From assembly GCA_030141605.1 (NCBI GenBank), contig JAQGDQ010000124.1, positions 372,001 through 436,000 of the forward strand: a stretch of DNA of 64,000 bases. Direction: 5' to 3'. Numbering within the stretch: position 1 is the stretch's first letter; every line of letters begins with the position of its first letter. The notes beneath the pieces were generated by a model, which was not told the origin of the DNA, did not search any database, and saw only the letters and a program-made list of their open reading frames with translations. This document shows positions 44,066-55,100 of this stretch, piece by piece. Source of the stretch: Tubiluchus corallicola (lineage: Eukaryota > Animalia > Priapulida). Both the position numbers and the translations under genes were made by a program.

Positions 44066-47000
44066 AGGGAGGGAGGGAAGGAGGAAGAGATGTAGCTTTC
44101 ATACTACAGAAATATTCACAGCACGTAAGCACCACCTTTGATGTGGCCATCTTCCTATGTGATGGGATCATGGGATAAGCACGCCATTAACGCTTAGTGA
44201 TATCAGTCACATTCATAAGCTTGTCATTTTCACGATAAAAACTACCTTTAACGCCACCAAAAACCGTCATTTTCGTTTTCCGCGTGCAGCTCCGTGTAAT
44301 CTTCTCGCGGTTAACCCGTTCTACTACACCTGTCCATCAAGCATGCATGACAAGACAGCCGCAATGTACAAACACTGTTTTATGGTATTTTAAACCCAGT
44401 TTAATAGCTCCAGATTAAACTGTAATAAAGTCATTGTAAGAACAAGCCGCATCGTGTCTGGCCAATTACAACAAGGCTTTTTACTAGAATATAACATGCT
44501 TGGCATGTAATTTGTTATGGCACGATAGCCCGACTGGCACAAAAACAAATTGTTTGCTAACCTGCCAGGCTGCCATCTTAAGTAAATGCCTATTCTTTCA
44601 AGGCTTGGGTCGGGATGACCTTTAGGAATGTTTGCACTATAGTCAAGGTAAATCCGATTTACCTGTGCACACCTTTGCCCACCTGTGAATTTTAAACGAC
44701 AGCTCGCGTACAATGTTAAAATAAATTTCTTTTCAAGGCGCTCTTTTTTAGAATCTGGATGCAAAACTTATTTTAGATCTGACTGGGGCCCTGGAGTGTC
44801 TTATCCTGGCAGCACCAAGTTTTTAATTAACCACAAAGTTCTTGGGCTGCCTGACAGTTTTTGACCATAAATTACTACTTCTTCATCTACATTTAAAATG
44901 CCAGGGAATAAATATGTTTGTACATGGAGTGGTACACATTAAAATGATGTTACACAAGTTTTTCCTGCCAGGTTTACATAGACTTTGAGTTACGCATATT
45001 AGTCTTACACACTGGCAAAAGAAATAAGTAAATCCCTACATCAGACATTTTTATTTTCCTAATTCAAAACATTTATAAACCTTTTATATTTTATGACAAC
45101 GAATGAGACAAAAAATCTTTACAAGTCTTACATTGATCCAATCCCAAAATTTACAGTGTTAATTTAACTGCACTATAATATAAGTAATAATTACTAGCAT
45201 AATTGCTAAATAATTATGCCATCATTGATATCTGATTTCACGATGTTTTTCGTAAAGTTTGAATCACGATAAACAAAAGACGAACATTTAACCAAATCAA
45301 GCTAAACAAAACAATCTAAACCTGCTTCACTATAGCTTAGTAGTACCTCCTAAACATATTTAGATTAATGAATTACAATAAATCTTGTTATGACAACTAA
45401 ATCCAATCAAAAACAATTTACACAAACTTATACCTGTTTGGTTTTCAATACTTTCAATACTTACTTGGTATAATTAGTTTGATTCTTCTGCTCACTATTC
45501 TACCAAGCTTGTTCTGCGCAAGGCATTCATAATAACCTGCGTCAGAGACCCGTCCTTTCCGCCGAGATATGACACGACTGTTACAAACAAAAAAAATTAA
45601 TACAACAAACGTCTAATGAAGTCAGGCACGGCAGCAGAATATTTAAAGGAAAACAGGATGATTTATCATATACTAACCCATGTTCAAATCTGATAAAAAG
45701 TAAACACCTGAACACAATTACTACTGCAAAAGCGATTCTGATAATTAAATAATAGATTAAAAACTTAATTAACAGCATACAAGCCCAACTATTGAAAACA
45801 TCACAAACTAACATAATTTTCAACAGCAAAAATATTCCGCGAGCGTGTTGCACGTGTTTGTGATAATTGAAGTACAGTACTACTGTAAAATATTTAGTGT
45901 GTTGTACTAAAGCTAGGCAAGTTTTAAGATAAAAATTCCAATTTCAAATTTGCTGCTGTGCTCACGCATGAGAACGTGTGTAGTGCGTCACAAACTAACA
46001 CATCTGAATTGAGAGGTACAGCACCTGTGTTTTGTGCAATGTGCTTCTGAAATGCCGAAACTAGAGTCTGTCTAACTAGCGAATGGCGAAATGCATGCAA
46101 CAGCGAAGAACTAGTGGCGCGAATGTGAAATTGTGTTTGTGTGGCAATAATACTTTCACGTAAGTCATTTTTGAAAAATAGTATGTTTCCTTTCATTATT
46201 TTACAGAGTAGATTGCTCTGACTTACAGTTTAAGATTGGGTCCGGTTTTGCTTTAATCATTTATTACAAATTAAACATGCGCATACACAGACACAGAAAT
46301 ACGATGAAACGTGTCATGTTCTGGCATACATGAAAATACTCATCGTGAAAATACAAAACATGTCGCCATTAATCGACGGTGGTGCCATCTAAACATACAA
46401 CTATTTACAATGGTAACAGGGAATTTAACTAATGAATAAAAAGCACGTGTAACGGCCAGATACAAGCTGTCTTGTAAGCTGCTTTTGGCAAGAACTGCAA
46501 GCCCAAATGGCAGATTTTAAATTTTTATTTCAAGTTTATTATTAATGGTGGACAAAAACCAAACTTACAGTCGAAAAGAAACCCCCGTCCAAAAAGTCAA
46601 GTCAAAGCCTGGATTTGAACCAGAGACTTTTTGCTACAAGAAAAATGCATCGACCATAAAACTACTCTGCCCCAGTGATCATGACAAGTCGTTTATTCAG
46701 TCCTTAAAAATTCTCGCCAACCAAATCAGCATTTTCAAGGGTTAGTTAAAAAAACCATCATCACCAGGTAAAAAAGAAAAAAGGAAAAGTAAAATTGCTT
46801 GCCAGATTTTTACTTTTTTTACCTATAAAAGTTCTACATTTCAAAAACAGTAAAATCACAGAGACGGAACAAATAAAAATACAGAAGAATATACAATCAC
46901 GGTAGTGGGGACGCATACAAAAAACTTGTGAGATGAAAAGTGAAAAAGTCTGACAAAGTCTGGATTTGAACTAAGATCTTTCGTTTAAAAGGCAAATGAC

Positions 47001-47742
47001 ATAACTACTAGTGATAGCTCCTAAGTCAATGCTAAAAGCTCACACACCTATTCAGCATTTTCAAGGTTAGTGAATAGTAAGTAAATCCATTGACCTTTTA
47101 CATACCTGAAATACAATGATCCATTCCTGAGTAAATTAATGCGCCGTTTATCTGGAACTACTTTTTCACCATTATGGCGCCATGATATTTGTACATCTAG
47201 TCCTGAAGGACTATGCGCACTACAGTTTAATGTCAAAGGTAGTCCTTTTTCTATCACTACATTTTCTGGTTCCTGTATAAAAGCAAGTGGAACCACCTGG
47301 TCTGCTACTCTGGCAAATCCTGAAAACAATTAACACAAACATTAATTAATGCATAACTGCAGAAAGAACAACATTGGTTCTTATAATAATTATTTTAGTA
47401 ATTTTTGATGGTCGTGTAGACAAATATGGGGGGCTAAACAAAGACAGGGCAGCCCTATGCCATTCTCAACACATGACCGAATAAAAATAATTATTATAAA
47501 TTATGACGATTATAATTATATCATGACTTAATTATACTTATAATATAGATTTTTGTATTTCTTGTAGGGAAGGTGTAATCATTAAGTCCCAGTAATTAAT
47601 TAATTGCGTGACGTGAAGATGAAGATTTCAAAAAATTAGTAGTACCGTGAAAAGTTCTACGTTTTATTGTAACAAAATGTGAAAACGATGCCAGTAACTC
47701 TTTCTTAAGCAGGATCAATAGTGACAATGACAATAGCAACAT
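20644..47742 (-). CDS. PRTG: Protogenin-like Ig/FN3 single-pass receptor (DCC/neogenin/protogenin superfamily), 21 coding exons, about 1203 aa
   Basis: All introns GT-AG and phase-continuous; exon lengths sum to 3612 nt. The 4 Ig + 5 FN3 + TM layout fits protogenin rather than the 6-FN3 DCC/neogenin. The tail motif EVLMPML...DTKGG resembles the recalled PRTG LMPM...DAKGG. Confidence 0.9.
21017..21108. repeat. 3 x 31-bp minisatellite
   Basis: GATGATTTGCGGACAAGTTATGTGCCAATGC repeated. Confidence 0.9.
21336..21452 (-). CDS. PRTG: Cytoplasmic exon 2 (GGNNQVIRNLHKSSPNG...NPNK)
   Basis: tgtttag / AAG|gtaaac; an in-frame alternative donor would end the exon at 21306. Confidence 0.82.
22403..22583 (-). 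CDS. PRTG: Cytoplasmic exon 1 (CCRNNPG...HEMEVLMPMLTSVPDPDHDTK)
   Basis: tttctag / gtaatt; open frame, phase 2 to 0. Confidence 0.88.
22869..22989 (-). CDS. PRTG: Transmembrane exon (WELKRRKISTKNIAIIVAVAVSGLLIAVCLSVLLFQSKQ)
   Basis: 23-residue hydrophobic stretch; tttacag / gtttgt. Confidence 0.92.
23460..23778. repeat. ~33-bp minisatellite with a higher-order duplication
   Basis: About 9 units like CACACCCCATGCTATGCCACTGTGCAGT; explains the repetitive ORFs at 23481 and 23512. Confidence 0.88.
23861..24034 (-). CDS. PRTG: FN3-5 second half and stalk (LTNLTVGEHYHIRVQASTGVGYGPLS)
   Basis: ORF 23820..24128; tttacag / gtaagc. Confidence 0.94.
24546..24716 (-). CDS. PRTG: FN3-5 first half (PSKPLAV...VSWLPPENPNGLVLSYRVLY...W)
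   Basis: ORF 24493..24717; tttttag / gtaagt. Confidence 0.94.
25245..25375 (-). CDS. PRTG: FN3-4 second half (ALKPSTKYEFAVRSY...GPFS...CWTLED)
   Basis: ttttgcag / gtaatg; LKP.TKYEFAVR motif. Confidence 0.94.
25931..26363. mobile_element. hAT-family MITE with 8-bp TSD
   Basis: CAGGGGTGTGC ... GCACACCCCTG TIRs, GGGCCGCA/GGCCCGCGGGCC subterminal motifs, TSD TACTATGG / CACTATGG (7/8). Confidence 0.88.
26509..26710 (-). CDS. PRTG: Linker plus FN3-4 first half (PVEPPSKITC...SIRLLWKKP...YTVRY)
   Basis: ORF 26505..26705; attacag / gtaagc. Confidence 0.92.
27733..27828 (-). CDS. PRTG: FN3-3 second half (PTSFYQVHLLAYNEHVDGLSKVKGIHLETKH)
   Basis: tttttacag / gtgagt; Y.V.LLAYN..DG motif. Confidence 0.92.
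29741..29920 (-). CDS. PRTG: FN3-3 first half (PSPSLQLVQLNATTVQVMW...GYKLFW...YILTGL)
   Basis: gatgtag / gtaagt. Confidence 0.92.
30930..31070 (-). CDS. PRTG: FN3-2 second half (LQPKKVYDVRVIAGTNKGFP...PWMSQQMPDWNASS)
   Basis: ctttgcag / gtaaat; phase 1 to 1. Confidence 0.9.
31995..32189 (-). CDS. PRTG: FN3-2 first half (PKAGPSVTL...ISWEKL...RGQIVQYKVEY...RYVLK)
   Basis: ORF 31963..32268; ttgttag / gtatga. Confidence 0.93.
33214..33366 (-). CDS. PRTG: FN3-1 second half (DLQPFTNYTFYAVAYN...VTDED)
   Basis: LxPxTxY tyrosine corner; aaatag / gtaaga. Confidence 0.93.
34925..35338 (-). CDS. PRTG: Ig4 plus first half of FN3-1
   Basis: ORF 34887..35360; DSGIYQC motif; tttttcag / gtaaat. Confidence 0.95.
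35874..36074 (-). CDS. PRTG: Ig3 second half with acidic insert (VAPTRTAMQRDDDDNESAVRGEYFGNGNLRI...DAGTYVC)
   Basis: ORF 35866..36051; atttcag / gtgagt. Confidence 0.92.
36925..37088. repeat. Compound tetranucleotide microsatellite (CTAA/CTAG/CTCA/CCAA), probably a retroelement tail
   Basis: Successive tetramer blocks starting immediately after an AATAAA. Confidence 0.9.
37275..37406 (-). CDS. PRTG: Ig3 first half (PPKIVAASANVTRLEHDTVELECLAKGWPVPTVVWTRE)
   Basis: ttttttcag / gtaggt; Cys and Trp core residues. Confidence 0.92.
38578..38711 (-). CDS. PRTG: Ig2 second half (FTVLTSGVLQITDVKTFDAGVYTCLATNLANQRRSAEASLAVIP)
   Basis: atttcag / gtgaat; DAGVYTC motif. Confidence 0.93.
39300..39444 (-). 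CDS. PRTG: Ig2 first half ([39 protein letters not shown])
   Basis: ORF 39281..39487; tttttcag / gtttgt. Confidence 0.93.
43011..43620 (+). mobile_element. 5'-truncated RTE-clade LINE with perfect 14-bp TSD
   Basis: TSD AGTAGAGTTACACT at 42997-43010 and 43621-43634; FKYLGS motif, then ORF 43072..43602 (WRKLSGVICD, EMRMLRWM.GVTR.DKIRN, RLRWYGHL.RR, RKRGRPK.RW); short GAA tail. Confidence 0.95.
43874..44089. repeat. Polypurine (GA/GAGG/GGGAGA)n tract
   Basis: About 215 nt of almost pure G/A. Confidence 0.95.
45465..45577 (-). CDS. PRTG: Ig1 second half (RVISRRKGRVSDAGYYECLAQNKLGRIVSRRIKLIIP)
   Basis: taacag / gtaagt; DxGxYxC motif. Confidence 0.93.
46605..46665 (-). mobile_element. Degenerate tRNA-like/SINE head; a related copy lies at ~46958-47015
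   Basis: Minus strand GTAGTTTTATGG ... GGTTCAAATCCAGGC (A/B boxes). Confidence 0.45.
47106..47319 (-). CDS. PRTG: Ig1 first half (AFIQEPENVVIEKGLPLTLNCSA...ISWRHNG...NGSLYF)
   Basis: ORF 47048..47329; ttttcag / gtatgt. Confidence 0.93.
47646..47742 (-). CDS. PRTG: Probable first coding exon (signal peptide) MLLLSLSLLILLKKELLASFSHFVTIKRRTFH
   Basis: ATG at 47742 followed by a Leu-rich stretch; phase-1 donor gtacta joins the Ig1 exon; acceptor acacag just upstream (exon start 47750). Confidence 0.55.
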
Positions 47743-47894
47743 AACAGAGCCTGTGTTAACTGTAACTAACCAGCGCACGGAATTCGGAGTGTGCAAAAAT
47801 TAATTACGCTTGTTAATTAGTCGTCAATAAATGCTAAGCGACAGAAGACCAGGAGCTGAGTTTAACGGATTACCGTAAATAATTAATAACTTAC

Positions 47895-48500
47895 AAGCGT
47901 GATACAGCAACAGTGCATTTACACATTATTATGGTATCGTAAAATTGCTGGCAGTTTTTACTGATGTAAGAAAACCGCCGAGCGAAAATGTTTACGAACC
48001 ATTCGCGCTCATACAGAAGCGTCAATACAAACAGAAGCGCCGACAGTGAAAAGAGCAGGCGCTTGCAAACTAAAAACAGAGGTAGGGACCTTGAGAGCGG
48101 GGAAAATTATACTATGCACACATACAGTGGGACATGGCAAATATGCAAAAAGACGTTGACAAACACGCGCGAAGAGGGCCACGCCCACACGATTACGCTG
48201 ACAGCACGTACAAGGGTGGCTTTCCTTATAACATCTGATTTTTGAGGAGACATTTTAGGGAGAACGCAGAAAAGTTTCTCAAATTAACGTATTATCATCT
48301 ATTGGAACTGAAATAAAAGAAAAAAATCGAACAAAAATCATCAGCAAAACGTTTTTTGCAGTCGAGCACGGTTTAGTAGAGGTCGTTATCTCAATTCGCG
48401 GCAGAGAAAGCCTTTTTTTAGAAATCTTGTTTGGTTGCTAGGGCTGGAAGGCCATGAACCTCGGGCGTGATCCGAGTGACCGGTTGGAATGTCCACAGAT
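47895..48500 (-). promoter_or_regulatory. Probable non-coding first exon and promoter region of the protogenin-like gene
   Basis: Perfect minus-strand donor gtaagt at 47894-47889; locally raised CpG content at ~47970-48500; TSS position not determinable. Confidence 0.4.
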
Positions 48501-51500
48501 GTGTCAGTGAGCGAAAATAGTTGGTATTATTTGAAATCAACTGCCATTTAACTGATGTACTAACTCATGCAGTGAATCACTGATTCGTGTTCTGCTCACA
48601 AACAAACAGAACGAATTTTTGCCTGGCTAGGAAAAAAACAAAATTAACTTTGGTTAGGTTTAGGATTAAGGGGTTAGGGTTACGGTTATCATTTTAGCTG
48701 TTTGTTTAATGTATCAAACAGGCCATTATGACTTTTATTATATTTTTTCCAGATTTTTTATTGTATTTACGTATTTGTTTTTGTTGTTAGCACCACTTTT
48801 AAACTACTGATGTTTTATTATTTATAGTATCTATGTGAAAGAAATGTTCCGGGTGCGGGGGTGGGGTGATTGTTTGTTTTGTATAAAGTGTGTTTTACTA
48901 AATTTTTTTGTATAATACTGCCTTTACGTTTTTAACGCCTGTTTTGTATATGAAGGAAATTCTGAAATAAAAGTTTAAATTAAAATTCAGTTCAATGAAT
49001 AACTCGTGTTTTGTTCTTGGTATGTGATTTATTTTAAACATGTATTTCTGTACAAGATGCGTGGAAAATTAATATTGTTTAGCAAATTATTGTGGCCTGT
49101 TAATTTTAATTACTTTTTTACTATTTGTGTAAATACTGCAATTCAGTTTCTTTTAACTGTAATGTGGTTGTTCTAATAATCTTACTTACTTACTAGTGCT
49201 AAGGTTATTTCTTTTTTCTTGTGAGTTTTTTCCTGTGATTTTTACCCGGATTTCTCTATACCACTATACAAGAAAACTGCTAATCAGGAAAGAACTTCAG
49301 ATAAAAAAGATAGGTTTAGTAAGTCTGACTGTTAGTTATTTATTCAGCTAAACTACTACCACTCCTTGACTAGAGTTTCAGCATATTTCTTGCAAACCAA
49401 ATAGTGTTGGCACAGTGCCAGTAGCTGCGAGCTGTTACTACTGTAGGTACCACCATCATGTACATAAAAACATGGAGTTCTTGACAGACAAGCAAAGCCA
49501 TCCCATATGGATTGCAGTTCTTTGGGGGCACTGTAACCTGCGCCATTAGAACGTCACGCGAAATATAAGATCTCTTTGGCAGGGTGATGCATATAAAACT
49601 TCTCTCCATTATTCGTTTATGACATCAATACAAAATTTTTAATGTTCAGTATGCATATCACGGGCGCTAGAATCGATGCTCTGAAGTCTGTAATAAGGGT
49701 GGAATGGCAGTTCATATCCTGACGTCCGTTTTTACGCAATGTTACACAACACCAAAATGTTCAAATAATAAATTGTACCACAATATACTGTACTGTGTTT
49801 ATTACATGTGACTAAATTGCACTAAATTGTTTGTCATATCGGAACAAAGTGCACTTTATCGCTGGCCTACCATTCGTAGGTTAGAACTACTGATGATGAT
49901 GATTTCCTAGCAAGAGCCGAGGAAGCAATCTGTACCTTATTATCATCAACAAGTCAACGTCGAGGGACGTCTAAATCCCCGGTAAATCGGCAAGATGATT
50001 TTGCCATATAAACATTCCCATCAACAACAAACATACCTGAGGTCTAAAGAATGTTAAAATTTCATCCCACTACGCGAAAAAGTTCGAGCACATAAAAACA
50101 CGAGAAAGAAAAACAGCAAGAGACAAAATATTATGTGACAAAGTCTAAAATTCGACATCTAAGATTATATGTACTTCTACGTATGGCAATTTTAAAATGG
50201 TTGATTTTATTCTAGAAGTACACAGACTGTGGCGGCGTCTCTACTTAAAAAGTTTTACCATGGTAGTATAACATGTAACTTTCACTTTAGTAAAATTGTA
50301 CCCATTACACTTGGTCTATAGGTTACAACAATACATAGACGAACAGTAGGAACTGACTGACAAAAGTCTTACATCGGTTGTGCAGTGTAAGAAATGTCTT
50401 ATAAGGCTATTTAGCACTAACATAAGATAAACGAAGTTGACTGAGGATATTAGTATTTCTCTTCCTTTATCTGAAAAGATGTGTCCGAAATAATTAGCAT
50501 GGTTACAGATTCTGATTTTTTTTTGCCACAGGGAATGACGATAGCAGAAGTTACATCACGTAAACTGTTTCGCAAATTATTATCATTAGCAAATTCGTGG
50601 TAACTAATGAGCAAACCTGCAGAATAGATAAACAAAGGTAATCAGCAAACACAGCAGGTGGTAAATAACAGAGCGAATTTTCAGAGAATTTTAGACAAAA
50701 TGTTTATGTATAAAGAAAATAGCAAAGGAAAAAGGGCAACCTTGTCGAACGCTATTACTAACATTAAAAGAATCAGAGAAAGTGCCGCCCAAGCGTATGC
50801 TAGTACAATTTAGCAGTTATCTAATATACAATTTAACAGTGTAAATATTGCAAAGAAAGTCAACACGAAAGTTACGAAAATGTAAATGTACGCTAACTAG
50901 AAAACCCAGAACAGAATTTTAGCAAATTTAAGGAAAGGAAGCTTTCTTTCATTCTTTTTAATAAAATACTATGAGTGACCCTATCAAACGATTTACTTGC
51001 ATCTACAAAACATATAAAAGTCGGACTATCGTGATTTCTGCATTGCTTTAAAAAGATATGACCTCTTTAAGAAGATAAATACATAGATCTGTGCTATGAT
51101 AGTTCGTAAATCTAAATTGTAAATCAGTAGATGTTAAGTAATCTGACCGTCAATTAGCATTTCTTGAAAGTTTAACATCAATAACGTAATGTATTGCAAG
51201 TTTCTTTCTTGCTTTTATCAATCATTTTGTGACATACTAATTTAAAATGTGACTCTAAACTTACAAACTACAATCCATGAAAATTTACAATAGAGTTGTG
51301 TTAGTTACATACAAAAAAGGCCAAAAAAGGGCCATGGCCCGTTCTGCAATTAAAGTAGCATTTTCGAGTAAACAACGACTAGTTTCGTTTTGCTAAAAAA
51401 AATGTTTTAACATTATCATTTGATGATTAACAATTTTTACTAGAATTCTAAAGTCCTACGTTTATTAAAATCAAGTGAGAAATCAATTATTTAGCCTATA

Positions 51501-52122
51501 AAGCAGATTTAGTTTGGACGGTTATTATATTCCATGTTTTTCACGGTAAGCTGAAAATTTACAGGTTAATACGGAAATGCTACTATTGTGACTTTTGTGA
51601 GCACAGTGCACCCAACCAAAGAAGTTTCTGAGGAAAGTAACGCACAGCAAAATGCTGGATTAACAATTTATCATAAGTGCAAGCTTTATGGAGATTAAAA
51701 GCTCAACAATGAAATCACACTTTTACAGACAGCTAAACACATTTTTCGCAATCAGTTCACACCTGAGCGAGCCTAGACGTACCGGTAATTTACAGCCCAA
51801 GAGTCCTGCAACAACATATCATGTTCAGGCTCCCCATTGTATCCTTGCTCTTACTTGAGGGCAGCTAGCCTTGAAACTTCCTTGTAGGTACAATGCGCAG
51901 AGCTTACAGATCCTACATGGGATCTATTAACATCACAATACTCACACACACACACAACTCTTTTTACTTGGCCTAATAAGCAAGTTGGCCACTGTATCCT
52001 GTAGATAAGTGCACCCACTCTGAAGCAAAAAGACCCAGATTAGAAACCCTACCGTTACCGTCATACCACTACAACTCTTGAAGAACGGAAACGTGGCGAT
52101 TAGAATTAAGTTCTGGACTTCT

Positions 52123-52155
<33 letters not shown>

Positions 52156-55100
52156 CTATTTATTGATTTATATATTATAATATAAATATATTTTCACTGA
52201 TAGTCTGTCTGGGTATAGTACCTCTGTAGTGTTAAGAAAATTACCGTGTGTGTGTGTGTGTGCGTGTGTGTGGGTATCTACGTAGCAATCATTAAAAATA
52301 CGAGTGAACGCTATTTTTAAACAAGTAGTAATTCAGCATAAACCAACGCTATATATCGAAAACTATATTTACTCAGGTATCATTGCGCGTATCACCTTTT
52401 ACGTTTGTTTCAAAGCCCGCAAACAGAACTGTAATGTATGGAAAAAAACACAGCTTAGCATCTCTGTGAATAACAAAGCGAGATACTTTCTTTGAGCTCT
52501 TCAGATCTTCTAAATCTTATCTACGACAAGCGAGGGTTAAACGCCTAGTCTATAACACCATACGCTGCCTTACAAATTGGAGGAAAATTAGCAACAAAAT
52601 GCTAAAGGCCAATCTGGCAAGGTAAGACACAGTTGCGGAGGTTTATGAACATTGAAGCGTAACATGCGGCATGTAATAGTCTAATAGAAGTAGATAAACT
52701 CCTGCAAATGCATTTAATATCAAATGATCAAAGACTAATATAATTACAAAGATAAAAATTGCAAAAGCTATACACAAGGCAAGACTATTGCAAGACACAA
52801 TACATCAAAGTGTGAGAATGCACCGGGTATTGTATCTTTCACTACAAGGCACAGTGTATTGGAGATAACAATTTTGAAATGGACAACTGGCATCGGTTAG
52901 AGGTTATATCAAATAGAAAAAAATGTGTATTTGGACCTTGTTGGAGCGGACTACAGCAAGCTCAAGAAACATTTGGGAAATATTTTGAATTTCAAGTAGT
53001 GGCGCCTGATTGGGGTTACGGTTAAATGATTATATTATTTGTGATGGATGAAAAAATTCCCTTAAAAGCTATTTCTATTAAAAACTCCGCGTTTTCAAAA
53101 AGAAAAAAGAAATGAAAGGGGCAGTCAACTGAAATCGAATAAGGTAAGAGGAATATATTTCAAGAGGTACAATTTCGCCACCTGACATAATATCTCCCCC
53201 CCCCCTCCAAACAACCCCTGAACTTCAAAATGACATTCTCAGAACCCCAGAATACTTTAAAATGTTCTTATTACTCAAATTATATTATTGTTCTGTATGG
53301 ATGCCCCACTTTCGACCAATTTTCAGATTTTTTGCTTTCCACTCAGACGCAATTTAAAAAGTTGATAATTTTCTTGCATTAAAGTTTTTATAAAGTTTAA
53401 AATTTAAAAGTTTTTCTTGCATTAATGCGTCTTTGTCAAACATTTATTTCACACCACTGCAACTATTTTAATGAGAGCAGAAATCTAGACTCATTTTTAG
53501 CACCACAATTATGGAATGCTAGTGTAGTGTGTCTGTTTGCGCAACGGCAACTAGGCCTTCCGAATGTTGGCAAATTAAAAGCGTGGATGTGATGTAAACA
53601 CTCTTTCCAAACACTCCTCCCAGGTGCAAACTGAACAACACTGCGCTCGTAAACTTGAACACTTCTAGCTCGTTTTTCTTGAAAAATTTCCATGACTATG
53701 GTCCGGATGCTGCGCACTCTTTCTTGCTCCATCTCACGACAGTTTTATGTGTCTGGTTGTGTCACTAAAATAGACGCTTAGCACCTGGCTGAGATGGTCC
53801 CGAAACTTGAAACGCGAAAGCTTTTACTCTTTCCTAAAGCGGCCAGTCTCTGTACTCAGACTGCTACAGGCTTGTTCAGGCTTGTTATTTTTTTAGTGTC
53901 TTCCGAGTCCTTGCTCTGAGGATTCTAAAATAGGTAATGCAAGTGTATCCTCGATCAATTCTTACCACCCTGCGTATCAGGCCATGGTCTTTTCTTTCTA
54001 TTTTATGAACGGTCGATCATTGATACTTAAAGTGCCAAGTTCAGACATTTAAACAGCTTAGCCATAGATGAACAGAGTAGAGAAGAGATGATTAAATAGG
54101 CTACATGTGATTATAAATTAAAAACATAGCTGACTTGCATCGTGCGGCTAAATATTTACGACTGGTATTCTTGACTGAGGAACCAGAAGTGTGTAACCTT
54201 CACTCACTCAATCCTCAATCACATGAGTATCATATACTCAATACCTGATTTCCAGTTTGATATCATTGTGTTACGCAAGCAAATACTTGAGTCTACCAAC
54301 AGTGATAACTTGTATGTTTTCTTTAACAGCTACAGAAAGTTTGGAATGTTTTAAACTCGAATGGAAAAATGCGACCTTGGCGCCACTAACTGATTGGCAA
54401 GTTGTCAAAAAGCTTACAGCTAACTGAGCTAAGTGTACATACATACGTGCATATGCATATACGAAGTATGATTGTATGAACCTGCAGTTATTGAACCTGT
54501 CTGCAACCTACAACTACAAGCAGTCATGAACACAATGACTATGTTTACCACACGGTTGCTGAGTTAACACTTTACTTAAGGAGGCGCATCCAACCTTAAC
54601 GGTTCTCGTTATCTCAAATGTATCTATGCACGCAGGCGTGTAAAAGTTCAGCGAATGTCAATGTCAGACTACGTTGAAATGTGCCAACCTATGTTAATAA
54701 GAAACAAGAAGTGAACATCACATCTTCTGTAAACTTGAAATCAGAAAAACCCCAACGTGCAACTCTTGCCCACTGTTTGACCCAGCTTCGTCTGCTTGTG
54801 GGATCTTTGTAGTGTAAATGAGGCGAATGAATGCACATCTTTCCCGCCACATAGGTAAATGCTCCCGAACCACATCGGCTAGATGTCAAGGACACTCCAC
54901 CACAATACAGTCGCCGGCCCTCCCTCTGCTCAGCAATTTGATGATGCAAAGACGATAATTTAATCTGATTTCAAGTGAAATTATTGTACAAATATATAGG
55001 AGGTATTAAATTACGCCAGGTGTTGAGACACAATGGATTCTCTTTTGTAGGAACGAAGGGTGAAAGTGAAAGTGGGAACACCCAAGATATTAGTCACTGA

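Noticed and set aside
43809-44171. SL-, RE- and GE-repeat ORFs
   Set aside because: Translations of the GA tract.
20644-47742. DCC/neogenin/frazzled assignment
   Set aside because: Only five FN3 domains, a short tail without recognisable P1-P3 motifs, and protogenin-type motifs.
48650-48690. Telomere-like TTAGG/TTAGGG run
   Set aside because: Only about 5 degenerate units; a common TE-associated motif, not an interstitial telomere.
49370-49620. Possible Helitron-like coding remnant (NGEKFYM...)
   Set aside because: Similarity is too weak and the frames are interrupted; cannot be supported without a search.
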